The notes under the pieces: generated by a model
The model's database searches: none
The model's input: the letters and a program-made list of their open reading frames with translations, nothing else
Told to the model about the DNA's origin: nothing
In this document: positions 54,736-64,000 of the stretch, piece after piece
Layout: each line of letters starts with the position of its first letter
How positions within the stretch are numbered: the stretch's first letter is position 1
Assembly: GCA_951406725.2 (NCBI GenBank)
Contig: OX597835.1
Span: 26,226,001-26,290,000 of the forward strand
DNA: 64,000 bases
From: Octopus vulgaris
Taxonomy: Eukaryota
Direction: 5' to 3'
Position numbers and translations under genes: made by a program

Positions 54736-55327
54736 ATGTATGTATGTATGTATGTATGTATGTATGTATGTATGTATGTATGTATATATATGTATATATA
54801 TGTATATATGATATATATATATATATATATATATATGCGCACGCACACGCTTATATATATGCATACATACATACTTAAAAACATACGTACATACACACAC
54901 ACATATAAATATATTGTTGTTGTTCATGTTATCGTTGATGATAATGAGGATGACGACGATGACGACGATACAGATGAGGATCACGACGACAATGATGAGA
55001 ATGACTATGATGATTATGATGATGATGATGGTGATGATAATAATGACGTCGACGACGAAGACGATGATGATGATGACAATGATGGCGATGATGATGATGA
55101 GGTTGCGAGGGTGTTAATGACAAATTATTAATGATTATGATTATAATGATGACGATGACGTTGATAGAGATTCTAAAATTAATGAAAAGGAACAATGAGA
55201 ATTCTATGAACGTAAATAGAAGAAATAATTGATTGAAACAATATGATAATCCTCAAATTTACGTATAAATTTCGGCAAACATAAATGTTAAATGTAAATA
55301 TGTAGTTATCTACGGGCATATTTAAGA

Positions 55328-55422
<95 letters not shown>

Positions 55423-55425
55423 TTA

Positions 55426-55471
<46 letters not shown>

Positions 55472-55567
55472 CTATCTATTTATCTATCTATTTATCATCT
55501 ATCTATCTATCTATCTATCTATCTATATATATATTTATTTATCTATCTATTTATCTATCTATTTATC

Positions 55568-55649
<82 letters not shown>

Positions 55650-55709
55650 TTATCTATCTATTTATCTATTTATATATTTATCTATCTATCTATTTATCTA
55701 TCTATCTTT

Positions 55710-55781
<72 letters not shown>

Positions 55782-55849
55782 ATATCTATTTATCTATCTA
55801 TTTATCTATTTATATATTTATCTATCTATCTATTTATCTATCTATCTTT

Positions 55850-55883
<34 letters not shown>
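55328..55883. repeat. (TATC)n microsatellite with higher-order duplications
   Basis: Direct reading. Confidence 0.95.
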
Positions 55884-56020
55884 GTCTTTTTTTTCCTTTT
55901 TTACGATCCCTTTTGATCGAAAACCTACCCCCACCCCATTTGTTTCTCCCCAAAAGGAAAAGCTCTACTTTGTAATTTGTCTCCTCTGTGTTCAGTCCTG
56001 TGTGGCTAATAAAGAAACAT
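55884..56020 (+). mobile_element. 3' tail of the same Tx1-like LINE family, in (TATC)n
   Basis: CGATCCCTTTTGATCGAAA...AAAAGCTCTACTTTGTA...CTCTGTGTTC..CCTGTGTGGCTAATAAAGA matches the reverse complement of 27183-27300. Confidence 0.8.
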
Positions 56021-56057
56021 ATCTATCTATCTATCTTTGTTTCTATCTATCTATCTA

Positions 56058-56116
<59 letters not shown>

Positions 56117-56209
56117 CTATATATTTATGCACTTATGCCCGTGTATCAGTTTGTGCATGTATGTGCATGTGTTATGTATAATGTGTGTATGAGTGTTTTT
56201 ACTTCTTTA

Positions 56210-56560
56210 CACGCCCGATTTGGTATCTGCCATCATTACGATCTGGTTAAAAGTCACATGGGTATTAATACTTTGAAATGAAGTCACAATGACTGAAAGC
56301 TCCATGCAGATACTAACGCTAATAGCAATAGATACAGAGCCCAAAGTAAGCCGTATTCTTAACACCCAATACAAAAGCACTGATTGCACTTTGGTTTTGA
56401 ATATTCACCTAATGGATTGCTTTGAAGTATTAACAGGGCTAAGAAATGGCTACCTGCTATCAAAACTTCACATGTTTTTAAAGTCTTTCTGGAATAAATC
56501 ATCAAAGGGCTGAAAGACTTAGATAATATCTCTCCATCATTTAAATGCGACGTCATAGCT
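56210..56560 (-). mobile_element. Possible highly decayed Helitron PIF1-helicase fragment
   Basis: Weak motif echoes only (FLSPVNT ~ ILxPxN; IRLTLG ~ LxLKxG; TGCA-TGGAGCT ~ CNGT codons). Confidence 0.25.
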
Positions 56561-56809
56561 ATTGGACATGGTAGAAACAGAAATATAATACTAACAATAT
56601 TTTAACAAATTAAACAGCAGCCATTTTGAACGTAGCATGCAGAAAGCCTGACTGGAAAATTAAGAGCAATAAATACAAGATATTGACGCTACAAAGCTTG
56701 TGCAAAGCGGGTGCATAAGAGGTTGTGGCTTTGAGATATACGAAGTTAGATAATTCAACGATAGTAAAAGTGGAAGAAGGAGAAACTCAGAGACAAATGG
56801 TCGAGTTTG

Positions 56810-56904
<95 letters not shown>

Positions 56905-57069
56905 ACATATATCGAAGAGCGTAGGCTCGAAACGCGAAAGACTGTCTCACTTCCCGAGTGTTAAAATAATACATCTGTTTGTTGTTTACACACACGTCTT
57001 CGTCTTTTTTTTGTAAATTCTTGCTATATATACATGTATGTGTGTGTTTGTGTGTGTGTATGTGTGTGT

Positions 57070-57305
57070 TATTTTGCCTGTGTTTGTACTCCCACAGTCG
57101 CTTGACAATCGATGTTCATGTGTTTACGTCCACGTAACTTAGCAGTTCGGAAAAAGAAACCGATAGAATAAGTACTAGGCATAAAGAGAATAAGTCTTGG
57201 GTCCATTTGTTCGACAAAAAATGGTAAACTTTGACTAAAGACTTTGGCCATGTTGAAGCATGGCCAAAGTCAAATGACTGAAACAAGAGAATAAAAAAAT
57301 AAAAG
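57070..57305 (+). mobile_element. SINE family 1, 3' half
   Basis: CGCTTGACAATCGATG...GATAGAATAAGTACTAGGC...GTCAAATGACTGAAAC. Confidence 0.8.
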
Positions 57306-57306
57306 A

Positions 57307-57341
<35 letters not shown>

Positions 57342-57417
57342 CATACAAAAATACATGTCTATATGTATACATACAGGTGTACATATATAGGTATATATAT
57401 ACATACATATACATATA

Positions 57418-57467
<50 letters not shown>

Positions 57468-57548
57468 CATACATATATACTTATATATGTATACTTGTAT
57501 ATATACATGTACACATGTATATATGTATATAAGCATATATATACATAT

Positions 57549-57599
<51 letters not shown>

Positions 57600-57660
57600 T
57601 ACATATATACATGTATATATACATATATACATACATATACACATATACGTATATATATAT

Positions 57661-57708
<48 letters not shown>

Positions 57709-58836
57709 TGTACATATATGCACACATATACATGTGTGTGTATTCGTGCAGCTTTTCAACGCATCAAAAGAGTCCTTATGTTTCTCCATAATTGCGATGG
57801 CGTATATATTTATTGGCCAATCAAAATTTTAAAAGTCTTTGGCATCTTCATTATACGGAATTGTTCTCAAAAGTACAATAATGCAGCCCTTGTCCCCCAC
57901 CTCTCCCTCCTCTCCCACCTCTCTACCTCTCCCTCTCTTCTCCCTCCCCTCTCCTTCACCTCTCCTCTTCTTTCCTTCTCTTTCCCTCTCGATCATATAT
58001 ACGCATAAAAACATATACAAACTCGTATAAATATTTGTGCCTCTGACACTATGTGCGTGTGTGTGTAAGTATAAATATATAGATGTGTGTGTGTGTCTGT
58101 GTGTGTGTGCGTTTGTGTTTGTGTGCGTGCGTATGTATGTGTATATGTGCATATATATATATGTGTGTGTGTGTGTTATTTATATATACATTTATCCATA
58201 TTTATGAGTGTATATATATATATATATACAAACATATACATATATTATATGCATGTATATATCTACATACATAGACAGACGCAGACACAGTACATGTTCA
58301 CATAAACATACACCGTAAGACCAATCAATATCCTACCGTCACAACTCCGTTGCCATAACCATCAACATCACCACCAACGTCACCAAACCCACCATTACCA
58401 CCACCATTAACACGTCATCTACCGTTAGACTCTATATCACTAACATGACCAGCATTGTTGTACGACCACCATGATCTAAACTCAACCACCATCACCAATA
58501 CTACTACGAACTTCGCTGCCATCTCTGTCACCGCCTACACCACCAATACCACCATTAACCTCACCACGGACACCAGCACTTCCGCCTTCCCAGGCGTGCC
58601 ACCTCTGCCGGCACCGTCATCGCCGCCGATATCAACAACAGCACCGCTGCTACCCCGATGCTGACCCGTCCCTGGCCCATGGCCTCACTGCTATCGCCAC
58701 TACAGCGGCCACCGCGTGACCGCTAGCTCCATTACTATCACCCCCAACAGCACCCACCGCAGCCCACCGTCAACACTGCTAACACTATTAAAATACCTCA
58801 ACCTCCAACAACAACATCAACACCAACGACACCATT

Positions 58837-59227
58837 GCGCAGGAGTGGCTGTGTGGTAAGTAGCTTGTTTACCAACCACATGGTTCCGGGTTCAGTCCCA
58901 CTGCATGGCACCTTGGGCAAGTGTCTTCTACTATAGCCTCGGGCCGACAAAAGCCTTGTGAGTAGATTTGGTAGACGGAAACTGAAAGAAGCCCGTCGTA
59001 TACATGAATATATATATATGCGTGTGTGTATTTGTCCCCCTAGCATTGCTTGACGACCGATGCTGGTGTGTTTACGTCGCCGTCACTAGCGGTTCGGCAA
59101 AAGAGATCGATAGAATAAGTACTGGGCTTACAATGAATAAGTCCCGGGGTCGATTTGTTCGACTAAAGGCGGTGCTCCAGCATGGCCGCAGTCAAATGAC
59201 TGAAACAAGTAAAAGTGTAAAGTGTAA
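58837..59227 (+). mobile_element. Full-length SINE family 1
   Basis: GCGCAGGAGTGGCTGTGTGGTAAG...GGGTTCAGTCCC...GGCACCTTGGGCAAGTG (CORE-like)...GTCAAATGACTGAAACAAG. Confidence 0.92.
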
Positions 59228-59822
59228 GTGTATTGCAAGCACCCGAACCTCCACGCCCTACGACGCCCTCATCCCCGCCTCAACCAACACCACTACCTCC
59301 AAAACATTCCATTAAATCTATAACTAGCCAATTTTACCATAATTATTATTAAGGAAACAATTTCGATCTGCAAATTCAATCCAGTGTTCACCCAGTGTTC
59401 TTCACTGAGCACTAACTCAGAGTGGAGATCCTGAGATGCACCAGCTTGAAATTGTCAGTCATCCTCTTATTTGTAACAGCTAAAACAATACAGGCACGAA
59501 GATACACGTATGTATATACCTGCATGAACGTGGCATGTGTATGTAAATATGGAAGGTGCATATGAGTCTTTGTAGAAATACTTGTCAGAGTTTGTGCAGT
59601 GTACATACATGCAAGCGTGTTTATAATTAGATACCTATAAATACACGTATATATAGGCAAACATACATGCATAATTACATTCACAAGTGGAACACTTGAA
59701 AATTGTAGAGACCTTTCTCACATGAAACAATTGGTTGGCTCGTTACTACAGAAATAAAGTGTGTATATATTTGTGTGCGTGTGTGTTTGTGTATAAATAT
59801 ATGTGCACACATATACGTATAA

Positions 59823-59905
<83 letters not shown>

Positions 59906-60059
59906 CATATCTATCTATATACATGTATAAGCATGCATATATAAACATAAATATAAATATAAATATAAGTATATATATATATATATACATATATATACAT
60001 ATATATATATTTAAGTGTCTATATATATCATTATAATTTTGAAGTAATCCACTTCGGTA

Positions 60060-61060
60060 AATGCACTTTAGCTACCTTACACTCTTCCCTCGGGTGGAAA
60101 CCCCGTGGCATCAAACACTGCCAGGGACCTCGGAGTAACTGTCCACAACAACTTAAGCTGGAATATCCACATAAACAACATAGTCGACAGGGCCGGCCTT
60201 AGGAGGTGGAGGGCCCAGTTGGGAACAATTTTGGTGGGCCCAAGGTTCCCAGTTTGTTGTACTTCGGAAATTACCCCCCACCACGCCAACTCGGAGTTAT
60301 TTTCAGGTGGTATCAACTAATCTCGCTTCCTGATATACTGCAGAAGACCTTTTTCCCCTTTGCGGCAAATTTGGTGACCACAATAGCGGCTGTTTTGTTT
60401 GATTAATAACTGCTATTTCTAGTATACTAGTATACTAAACAGCCGCGTTAAGGACGGGTTGCCTTTCAGTCGATTATTCATCAACATGGCCTGCAGAGCG
60501 GACCTTTTGTATCTTCAGGATTTTCCCTGTAGAGACGCTCCTACAATTATCTTTCTCTTCTCCATCTTCACCCGTCTTCACCTTCAATATTATTGTCCGC
60601 TGTGGTCTCTCCACACGAAAAAAGATATAAAAATTGAAGAACCGCAGATATCGGTCACGAGGAAAATAGACCAAATGCTTTTGTCTATTGTATCTATCGT
60701 ATGAAGGGGAAAATATTCCACCAGCATTGCCGAAATGATTTTGGCATCAACTTTAAAATTCACCCAAGACTTGGTCCCCATGCCATCCACCCTCTACAAA
60801 AATCATACTCATGTCATATCATTAAAACAGAATCATTTCATCTCAACTGGCCCGGCTCTCTTCAACATCCGTCTAAGATCTCGTGCCATTCAAAAGGTTC
60901 CTGGACGAATATCTCAGCAAATTCCAAATAGACCACCGAGACCCGGACATATATCTCGGTAAACAATAACTCTTTACACGAATTGGCTGTGCTGTCCGAA
61001 AAATGACCGTTAGATGAAGCTTCATGAAATGTCTTTTACAGACATTTAAGCTATACATGG
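60060..61060 (+). mobile_element. CR1-group LINE 3' remnant interrupted by a MITE
   Basis: RDLGVTVHNNLSWNIHINNIV [insert] ...RLHLQYYCPLWSLHTKKDIK.IEEPQ..VTRKI...GPALFN. Confidence 0.85.
60188..60461. mobile_element. hAT-like MITE
   Basis: Starts CAGGGCCGGCCTTAGG, ends with degenerate TTAAGGACGGGTTG, and splits the LINE reading frame. Confidence 0.5.
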
Positions 61061-61406
61061 CCAGAGCAAGTTCTAGCCGGCACTTATCTAAGTATCTGAA
61101 TGTATATCAGGTATGAAAGAAGTTCAGGTTTCTTATAACATGGCCACCATTATATATTTAATATATGTTATCGTGATTAATAGCGCGAAGAGTATATTCA
61201 ATACTTACAACATACAGCTAAAACATTACATCGAGATACCCATATTACTTTTAACGTAATCATATATAAGCACACAAACATATGCATATATGCATATATA
61301 TATATACATATATATTTAGTATATATATAATATATATTTATGTATACATTTATATGTCTAGATACATTTACACACTCATACACGCATGTATATATGTATG
61401 CATGTA

Positions 61407-61463
<57 letters not shown>

Positions 61464-61518
61464 ATGGATTATATATATATATATATATTATATATATATG
61501 TATATATATATATGTATG

Positions 61519-61621
<103 letters not shown>

Positions 61622-61884
61622 ATACTGTCTTTAATAAATAGACTTTGTGAAAGGTATATTAAATGTAGCTTAACCAAATTCTAGATTCCAATTTTCTTAC
61701 ACGTTCTTGTGGATTCTGCTGCTTACCTTCCTAGCTTTATTCAATTCCAGAAAGTATTTAGTTTTGACAAAAGCTAATTTTGCGAAGGGTGATATAATTA
61801 CAATACAATGTATTACTCTCTAGTCCATATAGAAGTAGATTCACATTATATATATGTGTATGTATGTATATATATATGTATATA

Positions 61885-61916
<32 letters not shown>

Positions 61917-61961
61917 CATACACACAAACACACACACACACTAACATCTCTCTCTCTCTCA

Positions 61962-62000
<39 letters not shown>

Positions 62001-62334
62001 TATATGTATATATAGATACACACATATATATGTAGATGTATATATATTTATATATAGATATATATATATAAGTATATACATACACACACATATATGTAAG
62101 AGCGTGTGTACGTGTGTGTATGCAAGTATGCATGTATGCATCTATGAATATCTATGTGCGCGTGTTTGTGTGTAGGTATCTATGTATTATGGATGTGTGT
62201 GCGCGCGTGCGCGCGCGTGTGTAGAAAAAAGCAAGAATAAAAAAGCGAAAGCAGGAAAAGTCGATAAGTCGTACACATTGAATATATTGATTGCCGCTCA
62301 GTGAAAGTCTGTGACGGAGAAATAGGAGTGAAAA

Positions 62335-62366
62335 CGGCGTTTCGAGCACGGCTCTTCGTCGGAGGA
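62335..62366 (-). ncRNA. Degenerate minimal hammerhead motif
   Basis: CCGACGA a GAGC cgu GCUC GAAA CG cc. The cleavage-site U is lost and stem I is poor. Confidence 0.45.
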
Positions 62367-62443
62367 AAGGAAACTTGGTGATGGGAGGAAAAGGAGGAAA
62401 AAAAGTACGTGTGTCATATATTTGTGTGTACGTGTTTGCGTTT

Positions 62444-62499
<56 letters not shown>

Positions 62500-62533
62500 A
62501 TGGATGTATGTATACAAGTGGGCACATAAGTGT

Positions 62534-62642
62534 TTCACGTTCCCGATCGTTTGTCAGCTGTGATGAAAAGTGAATCAAAATCGTGATTGTCACGATTTTA
62601 ATTCCGTGTTTATCACAGTTGTCTGACGAATGGGAACGTGAA
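62534..62642. other. Gapless 109-bp imperfect palindrome/hairpin
   Basis: 53-bp arms and a 3-nt loop. Perfect inner stem AAAATCGTGA/TCACGATTTT and perfect outer stem TTCACGTTCCC/GGGAACGTGAA. Confidence 0.85.
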
Positions 62643-62752
62643 TCTATGAGTAATAGTTCCGTGATAAATTTGCAGCTTTAGTAAAACGTATGCATGCATG
62701 ATGTATATCTATCTATCTATCTATCTATCTATCTACCTACCTACCTACCCAC

Positions 62753-62828
<76 letters not shown>

Positions 62829-63132
62829 ATATATGATATATATATCATATATTATATATATATGTATTTATATACATGCATGTATATGTGTTTTTATGTA
62901 TATGTGTGTGTGTGTTTGTGTGTAAACTCCATACCTTCGAAGTCACGTATGGAGTTTATGACGTGGAAAATAATATTATAACGAGACCCAGAAACGAAAT
63001 CAAAAGTGTGGGGAGTCTAATATATCTGGACCTTAACCAACGTGGATACACGCAGCATTGCACATACATACATGCATACATACATACATACATACATACA
63101 TACATACATACATACATACATACATACATACA

Positions 63133-63166
<34 letters not shown>

Positions 63167-63362
63167 CATACATACATACATACATACAAACAAACAAACA
63201 AAAATACCCTTTTGTTGATGTTGAAATTCCAAAGAAGGAACCATGGATCTAGGTTAGAAATCGGCTGTTTCTGTATTGGTCAAGAAACTTTTAAATATAA
63301 CTGAATAAAGACATATATACATATATACATACATGCATAGATACATACATACATACATATTC

Positions 63363-63393
<31 letters not shown>

Positions 63394-63451
63394 CATATAA
63401 GGAGATTTCTAAATATCTATATCTCTCTCTCTATCTATCTATCTATCTATT

Positions 63452-63527
<76 letters not shown>

Positions 63528-64000
63528 CACATATATATATGCAACGAGATAAAGGTTGAGACCGAACGATACATTAGGTTTCTGTAGCTTTTCACTCTTT
63601 GACACACTCTGATATGTTCTCTTCTAGTTATAAACCAACCCAATTTTCTGCAAGAAGAAAAAAAAAAGGAAAAAAAGTAAGAAACTTCGAAATTATCATG
63701 GCGCTGCCCTTACTTCCTCTCTAAATTTCCAAATGAAAGACAGCACTATCAATAATAAACGGTTAAACTATGACTAAGCCATCCGCTTCAAAAATGGCGA
63801 CTTGGCGACCTAGCGATTTTATCCTGGCGCGTACTGCAATCAGTTCAATATCTAAATTTTTCCACGATTACGACGTCGAAAACTTCACTCTAAATATATT
63901 TCATTCGTTTTGCTATTAAACAAATTAATCGTTAACATATATATTTAATGTTTAACAATTTTTTGTATTGATTTATTTTTGTATTTATCTTTTTATTAAT

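Noticed and set aside
54905-55160. Asp-rich acidic ORF end
   Set aside because: It is a degenerate (GAT/GAC)n microsatellite.

Overview
Eukaryotic, repeat-saturated non-coding DNA. The tRNA-headed SINE families and the extreme (TA)n/(CA)n/(TACA)n/(GATA)n/(ATT)n density suggest an octopus or other coleoid cephalopod genome (inference). I recognise no host protein-coding exon, and nearly all ORFs in the supplied track are microsatellite translations. The window is a mosaic of decayed transposons. DNA transposons: Tc1, mariner, maT-like, hAT, Helitron ends and MITEs. Retrotransposons: RTE, CR1, R4/Dong-like and Tx1-like LINE 3' ends, Penelope-like (PLE) GIY-YIG fragments, and at least four SINE families. 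The most striking unannotated signal is a set of about 15 minimal type-I hammerhead ribozyme motifs (C[U/C]GANGA...GAAA, palindromic stem III, NUH) from many different sequence families. Three have intact cores, and several sit in the arms or spacer of inverted repeats inserted at (TA)n tracts. Also notable are long near-perfect hairpins, three short local templated duplications at element junctions, a (GATA)n-associated Tx1-like LINE, and an 11-bp-period degenerate array. All calls were made by eye; boundaries of decayed elements are approximate.
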